Shown here: piece after piece, positions 25,038 through 38,619 of the stretch
How the letters are laid out: each line of letters begins with the position of its first letter
Numbering within the stretch: the first letter of the stretch is position 1
Assembly (NCBI GenBank): GCA_037447605.1
Contig: CM074812.1
Span: 3,286,001-3,350,000 of the forward strand
DNA length: 64,000 nt
Source of the DNA: Zygnema circumcarinatum SAG 698-1b
Taxonomy: Eukaryota > Plantae > Zygnematophyceae
Reading direction: 5' to 3'
Made by a program: the position numbers and the translations under genes
The notes under the pieces: model-generated
Databases searched by the model: none
What the model was told of the DNA's origin: nothing
Seen by the model: only the letters and a program-made list of their open reading frames with translations

Positions 25038-28000
25038 ATGCGGGTGGAATCGGAACCAACAGGGGGTTCCGGGGTTATACGGAGGAAAGGACCTCCTTTG
25101 CATCGTGACGAGGTTTTAAGTGAGCATTTCGAGCCCACTTCTGAGCAGAACGCCACCCATTCCTCCACCACCGCTCCGCAGATGAAGGAGCCTCAAAAGT
25201 CTTCCAACGGGCCCCGCATAAAGATCACGACCCGCATAAAGCCGGCCGGAATACTTCCGTCTATGTCTCTTCCTCCCACTACCTTTGCCTTTCAACCACC
25301 CCGAACGTCACCTACACCTTCGCCTCAGCATCAGACCTGCGGTTCAAAGTCTGCGCGTGAACCAGTTGGAGGAAGTGCAGGACCGGCAAACGTGGGAGAA
25401 TGCTCAACAGCCAAAGGGAGGGACGCGGCGGATGCAACTCTCGCTCTCACGAATCCATCCACTGGAGGTTTTCTCGGACCAGTCTCACCGCAAGGAGCCT
25501 CAAGCGACCGCGCTGACGCCGGAGCAAGTCGTATAAAACCGGCGCAGACGGCAAGGGAACTTTCTAAGGGAGGCGAAGGAGAAAAGGGGAGACAGATCAA
25601 AGCAGATGAGGAACTGCTGACCTCTCGGCAGATATCGAGACAAGACAACCTGCGTTGCTTTTCACGAGCTGGAGATCAAAATATAAACATTCCGTGCGCG
25701 TGCCATCCAGCACTTGTGCCCGGTAAGTGGCTTCGCCGCTCTCCTCTCGGGTTTTTAGGGTTGGATGCTGGACACCCCTTCCTCCTTCCCTGCCTCCTTT
25801 TCATCCTCCAGACTTTCTTTCGATTTCTTTCTACTTCTCCTCGTTCCTATCTCTTTCTTCCATTCGTTCCTCCACTTTTCCCCATTTTTTCCATTCGCCT
25901 CCTTCCCTTCCTTCCCCCCTCGTCGAATGTCGTGCTTCCTTTCCTCAAACCTTCCTCCCTCCCTTTCATTCCCCTGGCCTTCGTTTGATTTATTTCTACT
26001 TCCTCTCCCTCCCTTCCCCCCTCTCTCCCTTATATGAAACATTCATTTGTTTAACTATTTGAAGTTGTCATTCCGATCTTCAATTGTCTCACATGATGTG
26101 GCCCACTTGTGCAGATTCTCGAGATATGGAGCGACGATATGGAGTTTCTCCCGTAACTCTCCACACCAATGCGGCAACCACTCACGGTTGGGCTTTGGGA
26201 GGTGCGCAATATCTCATTTTCACTCTCTCTGGCATCTCATCTTTGTCTCTTACTCACTCTTTCTCGTTATGGCATCATAGACAACTTGTATCATTCTTTT
26301 CAGGTGCCCTTTTCCAGCATCTTTGGGAATATGAAGTTCAGCGAGAGTGTCATTCCTGGCAGTGGGTTCTGAAAGGTTTTAGGCAAGAGAGGTGTTTTGG
26401 GGTCATAATTTCTGCTATTGTTAGAACACGGTGTTTGATTCTGGTTGTGCTGTTTCCCTGCAGCTTTTGCGGAGCTGCTGGACGAGGCAGTGGTGCAGGT
26501 GAGGGAGGCTCGCTCATCTTATCTTACCTTGCCTGCCCTCCTTGATCACCTTCTGTCTAATGTCTGCTGTGTGGAGTTCTTCTTTGTTATGGAGCTGCTC
26601 CGCTTCGTGCTTCACAACATCTGCCATTGATTGGTTTCGCATCAGTAGATCGGAACTTAGCTTTCTGGAGGTAAATTACAACTATGATGCTATGCTAAAC
26701 AGGTGAGATTCATGCATGTCTTTGCTTGCATACAGGCACCGCATGGCGCCACGTTTGTCAGTATTGACAAGATTACGAATCCACGTGACGGATCCGCTGT
26801 ACTTTCTGTCTCTGGTAAGCTGCTTGGTAATACACTACTCCCTTGTCATTCGAATGATGAGCAGCTTCCCTCAAAGGTGTTGACAATTTGAGCCTAGCCT
26901 GTACCCCTATTGTACACAACAAAAGGGGCTCTGAGGCCTTTCTGGAGAGCGGTGTGGCGCTAGACAACGGAAGCGGAATGTCCTCTGAGCAGCTTCGGCG
27001 GTGCCTTGCTGGCGAGCCCTCCCTGGTCGACTACAACCACAACACAGCCCCCCCATGTGAGAAAAAACCACTCACGCAGCCTTTATAGTAAGGCATGGCA
27101 TGTGCAGCTGCTTACATTGATCATGTAAGACTGAGAAAAAGGTGAAGAAGTGAAGAAGTGAAGAAGAATTCGTGCCATTTTGATTCGTATCATGTGAAGT
27201 AGTGCGCGTTGGACTCCCAAACAGCGATTTATCGCCATCTTGTGATACTCAGCATATGTGCCCTTCCTTGGAGAAGTGCATAATGAACTTGCGATGGTGC
27301 TCTTCCATATTTTGGGGGGCAGTTGTTGGCAAACATTTGTGTTTGGTTCAGGAGGAACTCGCCTTAGCTTATTTGATATGCTTTCGATACTTGTTACCTT
27401 GAAAAGTGCAAATCTCATTACTTGATGCAGTGAAAGTTCTAGGAATCCGAATGTAATGAACATACTGAATGTCACTCTTCAAAACCTTTTGTCGTCCCTA
27501 GTAAAGTCCTATGTTCCAATATTGAATGCAACGTGTAACTTTATCAAGTTTTGCACGCATCCCCCAGGAATGGTCACGCGTCTTAAGTAAGTCCAATGCT
27601 ACTGGCCGATATGCAGATAGTACGCATGGGCCGGAATATTGTATGACGCACGATGGAGGTTTTGTATCGAGGATGAAGTTGCATTGAGCTACTCTTCGCA
27701 CTCATCTCTATCCTTTTAGTTCTGCACTTTTGCCTTCCTGACATTTCTGATTAAGAATCCGAAAGCGGAGTTTGACCGGCAGATGGCAATCCCTTCCAGC
27801 GCGCCGCTCTCCGTCTCGGAGCGGATGTGCTCGTCTTCAGCAAAACTGTCACGGAAAGGTGAAGGCGCACTGGGCTCAACTCGCTTTCTCTCTCTCTCCC
27901 TCCTTTACTCTCGTCCCCTCTCTCTCTCTCTCTCTCCCTCCCTCCCTCCCCCCGCTCCCTCTCTCCCTCTCTCTCCCTCTCTCTCTTTCTCTTTCTCTCT

Positions 28001-31000
28001 CTTTCTCTCTCTTTCTCTCTCTTTCTCTCCCTCCCTCCCTCCCTCCCCTCCCTCCCGTCTCTTTCTCTCTCTTTTTCTCCCTCCCTCCCCTCTCTCCCCT
28101 CTCTTTCTCTCTCTCTCTCTCTCGCTCTCTTTCTCTCTCTCTCTCTCTCAATCTCTCTCTCCTTCTCTCTCTCTCTCTCTCTCTCTCACTCTCTCTCTCT
28201 CTCACTTTCTCTCTCTCTTTTACTCTCGTCCTCTATCTCTCTCTCTGGAGGAATCATGCTTCCTCAAATTCGCTGTCAGTAATGCGTTCGGCCATGCAGG
28301 TGCTCTGTCATTTGCTTATCATCTCGTCCGAGGTTCAAAGTTTTGTGATTCTGTCATCCTTATATGATGTCTGAATATGTGTACTACTGTTGATGTGCAG
28401 GAAATCGAGTTTGAGCATAGGCCTTCTCTCGTACAGCTTCATGCGCAGGACAAAGCAGGAGCACATTATTGTTCCAGTGGTTTGTAACGACCTGCAACCC
28501 TTAACTGTTTCTTTTAGCGTTGTGGTAACATGTTTTCTGGAAACTAAGCCACTCCTAGGAAGCTTCCAAAGATGTGCATTGCTGCATGAGCATCACGATT
28601 CCTCAAGGCTATGCTAAGATTCCTCTAATGTAGTCATTTTCTAACATGGAAAAATTGCAACTGCTTGTTTCTTTACATGGAAGTCCAGGTGGAGTATGAG
28701 ATACGAAAAAGAGAGAAGACACAACAGAAGATCAGAACGACTAAGGAGGATTGGCTGGCCTGCCTCCAGCTCATCCTTGAGTGGTGCCCCTATTCGCAGG
28801 AATCGGAGCTTCTAGCACAGGTGCACAGCTTTGCCTTATTTGGGTTGTGGAGGGGAATATGATGCATAGCTGCTGTAGTGAAGTGGTTGGTGTTTTTTGC
28901 CTTCCTTCTGAATACAAAGTTGCTCCTTCCATTCGTTCTGAATCTTCAAGAGGACAACTTTTGTCACTCTGATGTTCCGGCTGCCTCTGTTATATGTAAA
29001 CTTGAATCGGTTTTTGGGCTTTGAGTTGTCAGTTTATGGACATGGGAGTTCGCGGGACAAAAATTATCATCTTCAACCTTTGGCTGAATGATCAGGGCCT
29101 CCAAGAGCTCGACTTTGACTCCAATAACTTTGTAAGTTTCCTAACTTGGATAAGCTCAGCAGAATTGTCGAAAATGAATGGACATTCTACTGAAAGTATT
29201 GAAATAGGTGTGAAGGAGAGACCATAGTTCCGTAGTAACCCGGGTTGTCTCGTGATCTCCGCAAAATTCCTATAGAGAAATCGTACAAATAGTTAAGTCT
29301 TAGCAGCTGAGCACTTCTTTAGAAGAAACCTGACAATGAAAGCCATAAAGTAATCTTATTTTCTGAAGGTCATATAAAGCGATACCAAGGCCGTGTTTAA
29401 GAGTGCATTTGACTATACAATTCGCTATTAGAAAACAAGGAACAAGGTCGATATGGCCCTCTGGGTATCTCGATAAACTAATAGAGTTGCCCTTTTCCTT
29501 CAAGTAAGACATGATAAGGAGGTAGTTTATGTCCCTCTCCTCGGCGGCAGCTTGGCCTCTGAGGAGCACCGCTGAAAGGTCCTGAGAGTGAACAAAATGG
29601 AAAGGGACACCGCTGAACCCTCTTCATTAACTCCTTTTCTTTTGGACATTTAAATATCGCAATAGAAAGGCTATTCAGCTTGTATGTCTAGGCACCCGGG
29701 ACCGGTCACTTACACTCTTGCCGCTTGGCCGCACAGCCATAAGTGGCACCTTGAGAATCCTTAGATATCCTAGAGACTCTCTCTGCTTATGGCCTATGAC
29801 CGTACATCCAGCTATTCCTTTACAGGCATACATAGAAAAGTATGTAGGTGAATCATTCCATCGAATTCACATCTCGTTTTAAAAGTTCTATCTGTCAAAC
29901 TCCCTAGAGCACCACATCCGTGTGCCATAGTTCTATTTCCACCCGCTTACCCGAGATGTTGTGTGCTCCCAACTAGTTGTGCCGCAAACTCTTTGGTATG
30001 AGCAAGTCTTATGGAACAACCAACCAAACCCATTTACGAGAGGCCATCCTCGCATACTTTTGTGAGTGCACCTGTTTGGGCCTCTAGGGAGGGTCCCGGC
30101 CCGATTCGGGGCATGCCCCTTTTCGTGCCCCGTAACGTGACCACATACAGTAGTACACTTAAAAAGTACGAATGGTACGAATGAAAGTACGGAAAGGTCG
30201 AACGGTACGGACAGTACGGAGTGTGCTCCACATGCGAGTTCCGTGTGTCGTCACGTGACGTGACGTGACATGATGCGAGATGACAACGTGACGTGACGTG
30301 ACGTGACGTGACGTTGGGGGGGAGCCCTCGGCAGTGGGGAAGAACATTGGTCCGTTGAGTTGAGTGTGAATTGGAGCAGCGCAAAGGGGGAGATGGAGGA
30401 GGTTGCGAGACTATAGAAGCGTATGAACCCTTAATCTCCGAAGGCTTTTTTCGCATAGAGGTATTGATTGCGTCTGAATGTGAACGTGCAGGACATTCTG
30501 TTGTCGCAGAGGCCGGCACGTGCCGCGGGTGGCGCCACCTCCCGCAGCCACGTGGCCAAGCGCTTCCGTTACTCTCTGCGTGTGAGTTTGGCAAACCCGT
30601 ACGGACTTTGGAGATACCGGTGTGGGCGTAGCCGGGGAAGAATCCTTGCTAGGGTTGCTTGCAATCTCCGCCAACGGAGGGTTGAGATTATGACTTCGTT
30701 TGGCCGCCTTTGTGTGTGTTTGTATTAAGAGATAGTGTAAATGAGAGGTGGATGTGTATCCAAGCACCGATTTAAAACTGAGCTAAACGTGGATTTGAAA
30801 CGTTTCCTCCCTGTTGTATCCTGCCAATCGTAAAGACTTAGATTTTGGGTTCGCAGACATATGCGTCAATTCTGTACATTCAAGTGCCGTTCTGCTTCAC
30901 TATATTTCTTAGAGGGCAACCTGTGATCCCACGTGACTTGGGTCGTGAGCTGCTGCATCCACAACCTATTGTGTACAAACCCAAAATGGAGGAAGCAAGC

Positions 31001-31841
31001 GACAATGCAAGTGATGCAGAAAGGCTCGCAACAGAGGAAGTAAGATTGCCCTGAATTTACCCCCATTGGGCTTACCGTTGTGTTCAATGTTCTTGCAGCC
31101 ATATTTTTCATTAAGGTAATCAATATTTCGATCCTTTATGCAGAAATTCTGCCAGGTTAGCCTTGTCGAGTGCCTACATACATAAGCAGAAGGGTTAAAC
31201 CTCTTTACTGGCAAGCTTCAGGAAGGATGCTTATCCAACTACTCCTTTCTAAGGTCTGCGGTAGAGTCACACAGTAGTCTATCGCAATACCTCGGGAATG
31301 GCTGGTCAGCTTAGCAAATACTTTCTATTCTCTGCCTTATCAGCGTATTTTCTCTGACTGTAGTGAAGTAGGCATCCTAACCTAACCTACTTCTCCTCGG
31401 ACGTTCAAAATGCACATACGGTAGAGTGTTAGAGACTTTAGTAAAGCATGTAAAGCATAAAGCACACATGCAGCTGTTTTCTAGGAAGGAAAATACGGCT
31501 TGCATTTGACGAATGGGGCTTGCGTTGGAGTGGATAATTGCAGGTCTTAGCAATAATCGGATTTGACAGAAGAGCTCCGCATGCGAACGTGCAGGGCATC
31601 AGTATTTACTGCAAAAACCGACTGATTTTGGTGATGAATCTTCCCCTCTTCTCTTCTCAGATTCGCCCTTAGACCTCACTATTGCTTGTCACGGACCTCC
31701 GAATCTCCTTCACCTTCATCTAAAGCTTTTCTCTTATGGAATGCCCTAAAGGGGCCGACATACTTAGCCTGTAATGAGCATCGAGAAGGACCGCATCAAA
31801 GAAAAATGGCAAACTGTCATTCTCTATCGCTCGCTCTCTCC

Positions 31842-31883
<42 letters not shown>

Positions 31884-32263
31884 CTCTCGCTCTCTCTATC
31901 TCTATCTCTCTCGCTCTCTCTCTATCTCTCACTCTCTCTCGCTCTCTCTCTCTCTATCTCTCTCTCTCTCTCACTCTCTCTCACTCTCTCTCTCGGTCTC
32001 TCCCTCTCTCTCTCACTGCCTTCCCCCATTCTCTTCTGTGGGTTGTCTGTGGTGCAGCCTTTCCACCAATGCTGGTGCAATATGGAGCAGTGCGGAAGGG
32101 GGGTAGTGGGTGTAGTGGAAGCAAACTTCTTGCAGGCAGATGCAAGCAAGCAGTTCTTTACACCGAACAGCGAGTTGGTGCAGCTGGAGACATGGCTCTG
32201 CCTTGCGGTGCATAACTACTGGTGCTGCCTCTACCCTCCGGGAACACACTCTTCTCCCCCCCC

Positions 32264-32311
<48 letters not shown>

Positions 32312-34354
32312 CTCTCTCTCTCTCCCTCTCTCTCTCTCTCTCCCTCTCTCTCTCTCCCTCTCTCTCTCTCTCCCTCTCACTCTCTCCCTCTCTCTCTCTC
32401 CCACTCTCGCCATTTATGCATGTGCGTGTGAACATGAACCTTCCAAGGACTCTGTCTGCTTTTTGGCCCACTCCCTGAACCCCCAGAACCTTTTCGATCC
32501 TGCTAAACCCTTTTTAACCACTCCAAGTCATGTCATCTCCGTTTGAACTCCTATCGCACCTCCGAATGCTGACTTTTCTAGGAGTATTAAGTTATTAGTA
32601 GCGATGTGTGCTGTACAACGTCCGTTCGTTTTGAAGCCAGTTATAAAAATGTTGAGTCGTTGCTTTGCTCGCTGCTGGGCCATCCTTTAATTTGCTCATT
32701 ATGCTCTGTGCGTGTTCTACTTTGTACGGTATCTCCTTTCAGGAAATTCAATGAGAAACGTCTTAAAATCCCCCCAATGCCAGTAACATCCCCTCTCTCC
32801 CCACGTAAACAACCTCATCCTGAAAGCACAGGGAATGAATTAGCCAATCAGGACAAGCCACGTGTCCCTGAGCAGCCTACAGTGACGTCAGCAATGGAGT
32901 TGTACTCTGGGAGAGGATCGCATGTTTTGTCGGGAAGTGGAGGTGGACTTCCCTCATTGGTGGAAGGTGTAGGTTCACGGAAGGAGGCAGTTTCCGGGAA
33001 TCTTCTGGACAGTCTGGCAGATGCAGCTGCTGCACTTGTGGATTTGGAAATCTGTCGACCTCAGGGAAGGGTTCAGATGGAGGGAAAACCCCCTGAAGTT
33101 GCAGGCAAGCAAAAATGTATCACTGGAAATTTGGGACAAAGCACACACGATGAGCTTGCGTTTCGATGTGTTGTGGAGAGAGAGGGATGTGAAGGGGGTC
33201 CCATGAAGAAGACGAGGAAGGATTGTTGTGAAAACAGTTCTGAAGGGAGCGATGAAGGGAGAGAGGATTTGGAGGGGAGGAGCGGGGGAGAGGAGGGAGA
33301 GGAGGGAGTGAGAGCTGCTAACACTATGGAGGTATCTGCAACGACAGCTATGGCGGTGGCGGAGAGGATGGAGAGAGAGAGGAGCATAGGAAGGGAAATG
33401 GAAGGGAGACCGAGTCCTGTAGTCGTTTCAGCTGGCACATGCATTCGTGATGAACTGAATTCTGTTGAACTGACATGTGCACCCTTCCCTGCTGCGAAGC
33501 TGCTGGAGGAGGAGGTGGTAGTGGAGGGAAACCCTAAAAACCCTAAAAACCCTGAGAGGAAGGGAGTGAAGGATGGCACTGAGGAGGAGTCCATTATGGA
33601 CTCTGAAGGAGCTGCTGACAGTGAAGAAAAGACCGGCATGCTTGCGGTTGCACTTCATGAGAGGGGGAGCAGAGAAGGGCAGAGAGTCCAATCAGAGATG
33701 ATGGCAATGGAGGCTGAGCCGGCGGTTTCGGGATGTGAAGACGACCCCCCTGAAGGGGAAGCCATGGCTGCAGGTAGGTCCTTTCAGGAGCTGAGGAGTT
33801 CGGGAGGCAGAGAAGAGAGAGGAGGAGAGAGACGAGAAGAGAGAGGAGAAGAGAGAGGAGAAGGGAGAGGAGAAGGGAGAGGAGAAGAGAGAGGAGAAGA
33901 GAGAGGAGAAGAGAGAGGAGACGTGTTGAGAGAGGAGAGGTGGCGGAGCATCTCTTTCTGTGGGGTGCGAGTGAGGGGTGGAAAGCTTCCTGCGACGGGT
34001 AGGGTAACGTGGGAGAGTTCGCGGCAGAAACTCTCAAAAGTGAAATTGCGGAATCTGAATGAGCTTAATGAGGTTTCCTTGAAACACTCTGTGAGGAGGA
34101 GAGGGGTGGGGGAGCTGGGAAGCCGCAACGCAGCTATGGAGGAAAGAGACGGCAGGGTAGAGCAAGTTATTGAAGAGAGAGAGGCATCTCCTCGAAAGCG
34201 AAGGAGAGTTGAGAGAGACACTGAAGGAGGGGATGACACGAGGGAGAGTTTGGTTGGAGGGGAGAATAGTGGGAGTGGGAAAGCAGCAGGAGGAGGAGGA
34301 GGGGCTGCACAGCAAAAGGAAGGGGAGAGCAGTGAACGGTATGTGGTGGCTTGA
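25038..34354 (+). CDS. MORC: MORC-family (CRT1/MORC) GHKL ATPase-S5 protein with divergent ATP-binding motifs, 14 exons
   Basis: Exons 25038-25722, 26115-26201, 26464-26498, 26736-26814, 26964-27056, 27783-27858, 28401-28479, 28689-28820, 29033-29131, 30492-30581, 30857-31039, 31544-31630, 32058-32221, 32743-34354; all phases consistent. Motifs LHTNAATTHGWALGAFAELLD, GATFVSID, DNGSGM, RLGADVLVFSK, SIGLLSYSF, GTKIIIFNLW, YASILY, KNRLI|LPF, GRGVVGVVEANF. A possible further donor lies at 34339. Confidence 0.88.
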
Positions 34355-36330
34355 AGAGATTGAGTGACAGAGGTTTGAGGTTCAAATCTTTTGCTGGGAA
34401 AAAATGGCGGCTGTTAAGGAATGCCGCCTGTTTGGCATCCCTTGACCCACCGCACATTTGACAAATGAATTGGATTCTCCGCCCCACCAAACTTCCTCCC
34501 CTCCTCTCTCTTTCCCTCTCTCCCCCCTCTCCCCCCTCTCCCCCTTTCTCCTTACGAGTCAGAATGCACGCAGTCGGCCCTGAAAGGTGAGGCGAGTGGG
34601 GGATGCAGAAGATGTACGGAGCGGGAGGGGCCGACTGGCGAGCAGCGGAGGTGGACCTGTGACCGGGCGGCCCTTCAAAGCGAGGTGAGGGCGCAGGCTC
34701 GTGGTGGGCCTGTGGGGCACATGGCATGGGGTCATGGGGGGGGGGGGCATGGCCGGGGGCGCATGACGGAGGGGGGAGGCAAGGGGTTGCATGGCAGGGG
34801 GGTCGTGGCGGGGGCATGGCTGGGGGGTCATGGGGGCATGGCGGGCGTGGGCGAGTGACGCGCGGGGGGCTTGCTTGCCAGGTGGCGCGCCTCCACTGGC
34901 TGCTGCAGCGCCTGCAGGCCGACGACGGCCCCAAACGGAGGGCGCCGCCGCACAGGCGCTCCACCGCGTGACGACGCGTCACGTCATCTCACGTCACGTC
35001 ACGTCACGCCTGCTCGTCGCGTGCGGAGGCAGAGGCGGCGAACTGAACGGAGGGCCGTTCTGTGTTGCGCGTATTTAAGGAGGGAGGCCGGTCCGCAATA
35101 ATAAGAGAACCCTAAAAAGAGTGACAGAGGCCCGCCCGTGCGGCATGGCATTGTGCCCTCCTTCTGCCCAGTCGCACTGGCGGGCTGGCTCCTCGCCGTG
35201 TACATTTGATGGCGTCGCTTAATCGCGAGATGCATGCCAGTAATGCCCTTGAGATGTTTTCCAGTATTGAGGTAGACGCCAGACGTCGTACGCGATAGCT
35301 TTCGTCTTTTTTTCATGTGCCCAATTGTCGTAGAGTCGCTTTAAAATATGCGATATGGAAGCAGTGTAGCAGCACTTGTATTCAAGCAGTGCAATGGAGT
35401 AAAGTGAGTTCTTGTTGCGAAAGTGCACCGAGTGAATTTCGTTGTCGCCCAACTCGGAGCGTTGAATCTGCGCTCTCAACGCCGGAGCAGGCCGCGGAAA
35501 TTTTTGGTTGGGGGGGTGGGCTAGTCCGTCCTAAACAAAAATCCTGGACCCGCTATTGGCGGAGGTGGCGCCTCGCCCGCCAAAGCGCCGGCGCCGCCGC
35601 GAGGCACTTCACTTTTGAAAGCAAATGTCCGCTCGCGGTTTATTCTTCTCCTTCAGAGTCGATTGCCGCCTAAAATCACGCTGGTTCTTTATGTCGATGT
35701 GCGCCCTTTCCCACGGCGTGAGATCGATAGCGAAGACCATTCTTCAGTATTGGCACAGGTTGTAGGCGTACCCAAAACGCAGGGGTGCAGTAGAATTATC
35801 CTTTCCTTTAACGCACGGTACATACGGATCTATAGCCCCGCCCGCCCCGCGGTAGCGCTAGCGCTAGCGGCGAGCCCGTTTTCGTGCGATTGTTGCACAA
35901 CGATTGTCATTGGGCCGTTGGCTCGGCAACCATTGGCTGGCAATGGTTGGACGCCCAATGGTTGCCAACCATTTGAATGGTTGTTTTGGTCCGGCGCCAA
36001 TGGTTGGCAACTATTCGAATGGTCCGACCCGTACATTGCGCCATTTCTCCTCGTACGGTCCGGTCCCAGCGCCGCCCCCGCCCCCGCCCCCGCCCGGGCC
36101 CGGGCCGGCGCTTTTTGGGCAGTGGCTCCGGCTCCTCCGACCGGCGGATAAGGCAAGAAAGGCGCGCGCCCGCCTCCCAACTCTCAGCAAGCCGAGGGCC
36201 TGCGTGGGAAGCCAAGCTCGTCCTACGCCTCCTCTTCGCCCTCTCCTTCGTCTCCCTTTCTTTCTCTCTCTCTCTCTCTCTCTCAATTACCCTCTACTCT
36301 CTCCTTCCTCTGCGGCCCTCGCAGGCAGCT

Positions 36331-38619
36331 ATGGCGGCAGTCCAAGCCGCTGCTCTTGCAGCCATGGAGGCTACCGCCTGCAGCTGCGCAGCTTTCCCCT
36401 CCTCCTCGCCAGCGCGACGCCCCTCTCCCTCCCGCCTGCGCGTCTCGTCCCTCTCCCGCCGCCTTCGTGCTGTAGCGGTATTGCCTCCCTCCTCTCTTCC
36501 TTTCCCCCACATCTCTCGCCTCCATTCTCCGCACCTGCCTCTGCAGATCGCTCCTTCTGCTCCTCTGCCTCAAACTGCGCAGCACGTTTGCATGCGCGTC
36601 CGGCGTCAGAGGTGCTGCGGTTATGTGGTGTGCGAGTATTTGAGAGGGAGTGTGACAGGGCAGGACAGGGCAGAATGTGCTCTGGGAGAGGAGAAGAGAG
36701 GTGCTGAGAGGGTGCGGAGTGATGCTGCAGTCTCTCCCTCCGTTGAGGATCATGGCGAGATCTGCGGAATCACACGAGACAGGCAAGGTCAGTGGGACTC
36801 CCTCGCTCCCTCCCTCCCTTCCTCGTTTTTCTTTGCAAGGCCCAGGAAGGCTTTCTGCCTTTGTATGGAAGCAGGGAATGCGAATAGGCTGTGCCTGTGG
36901 TTGTTAGAGACGTTTTGCTGCACCTTCATGCAAGGACGGAGGGAATGCTGAAGTGCCTCCTATAGGGTCTGATTCAACTCTTCTTGCAGTAGCCTTCGGA
37001 TACAGATTGTTGCTTGCCTTCTGCTCTGATGTTTATTTGAGCACATTGCACTCCAGTGACATTCAAAAGAAATGCTTGAAGTACTTCAGAATGGGCAGAT
37101 TTTTCCGCGCAGGCATGTGAGCTACAGCAAGTTGGTGATGTTTAGCATCTTTCTAGCGAATAGGAGATGATACACATATACATATGCATTTTTTCTTTCT
37201 TTATTCAGTTTTGCGAATTCTGGTCTCGTTTCTGCAGTAATGTGGAGAGTTATGGGAGGACTATCACATGTACTGTAGGGTGCGCTATTGATGCAGGTCC
37301 CTGCACAGCAACAAAGGAAGGTAGTTGAGACGCGGCTTTTGTCGACTGCAGCGGGACTCCTGCCGCTCATGCTTGCCTTTGTCGAGGCGGAGCTTCCAAG
37401 GGCCATCCCTGTGGAGACCTTCTACAGCGACTGGACATTGTCGGAATTGGCATTGAAATCTTTTTGTAAGTGTCTTTTGACTGCCCAGTTAGGTTATTTA
37501 TCAAAAATGATCCTCGGAACATACGTGTTTGGGAGAGTAAATGAGATCCCTGCATGGTCATTCACTGTGGAGGAGGCTTCTTTCTCTGGGGGGAATGATG
37601 AGTCGGCCTCCGGATCTAATGCAGGATAACTACTTCTTAGATATTCAGAGCTTCAGGGGTCATCAGAATGACATGCAGTAACCCTAAATGTTCACTCTTC
37701 ACGGGAAGGCAGCGATTTTAAGTCGATTCCGTGATAATTTGGTCTTTATAAAGCAGCTGTGCGTCTCGTCTTGACTGCGGACTTGCCCCACAAGCGATAG
37801 AGAAAGAGACTTAGTGGAGGTTCTTCAATTGTATGTACTGAAGAGAGATGTCGATATGGCAGACCTTTGTAAGCTTGTCCCGCCTAAAAAACCGATTTAG
37901 GGAGGGAGTGGGCCCAGACATGATATTTGTGTGTGTCTTTTCGTGGGGAGCGGTTGTGTTCGCTTCTATGAATGTAAGACATGATCCATCCTTTACTCCG
38001 TTACCCCCGATATTGTGCTTTACCTCGTAGCATCAAAGTAATTCTGGGTGTCTGCTTGAGCCATCCACACGCGCTCACAATTGCAGGGAGAGGGGTTCTG
38101 CAGGACCCGTACTACGAGAGTGACGAGTATCGCAATGCAGGAGGAAACGGCACACAACACTGGATATACACCCGGGTGAGCGCATCTCTCTGATGTGGGA
38201 ACCTTCTAACAACAGGGATGTTGGATATTCTGTGAATCCATTTGTAATTATTCTTTTTGTAAGGAACTGGAGGTATATTATATTTTGTGAATCCATTTGT
38301 AATTATTCTTTTTGTAAGGAACTGGAGGTATATTATATTTTGTGAATCCATTTGTAATTATTCTTTTTGTAAGGAACTGGAGGTATGTTTGCTGGTTTGC
38401 AAGCGACTGCTGTCACTCCTTTGACCTAACAGATTTGCGGACAAATACCTTACTCGTTGCGTTAATTTTAATGTGTTCATGTTTGCGTAGGCTGAGGAGG
38501 AGGAGCAAGAAGCCCGAGAAGAGCTTTGGAGGGAGGAGCTCCGCAAGGAGATTGAGGATAAGCTTGGAGAAGTGAAGGAGTTGGAAAGTGCGGAGAAGAA
38601 GGAAAAGGAGCTTGTGTGA
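36331..38619 (+). CDS. PnsB4: Chloroplast NDH subcomplex B subunit 4 (PnsB4/NDF6) with transit-peptide-like N-terminus
   Basis: Exons 37297-37465, 37918-37973, 38104-38175, 38491-38619 splice to ...WTLSELALKSFYMIFVCVFSWGAVVFASMNDPYYESDEYRNAGGNGTQHWIYTRAEEEEQEAREELWREELRKEIEDKLGEVKELE, matching the recalled NDF6 DPFYDSEEYRGDGGDGTG...ELWREEL motif. Ser/Ala/Arg-rich N-terminus from ATG 36331; 5' exon boundaries uncertain. Confidence 0.88.
38221..38386. repeat. 55-bp tandem repeat, about 3 copies, in the last PnsB4 intron
   Basis: GTGAATCCATTTG at 38232, 38287 and 38342. Confidence 0.9.

Noticed and set aside
29300-29569. Antisense ORF nested in MORC intron 9
   Set aside because: 89 aa with no recognisable motif or convincing gene structure
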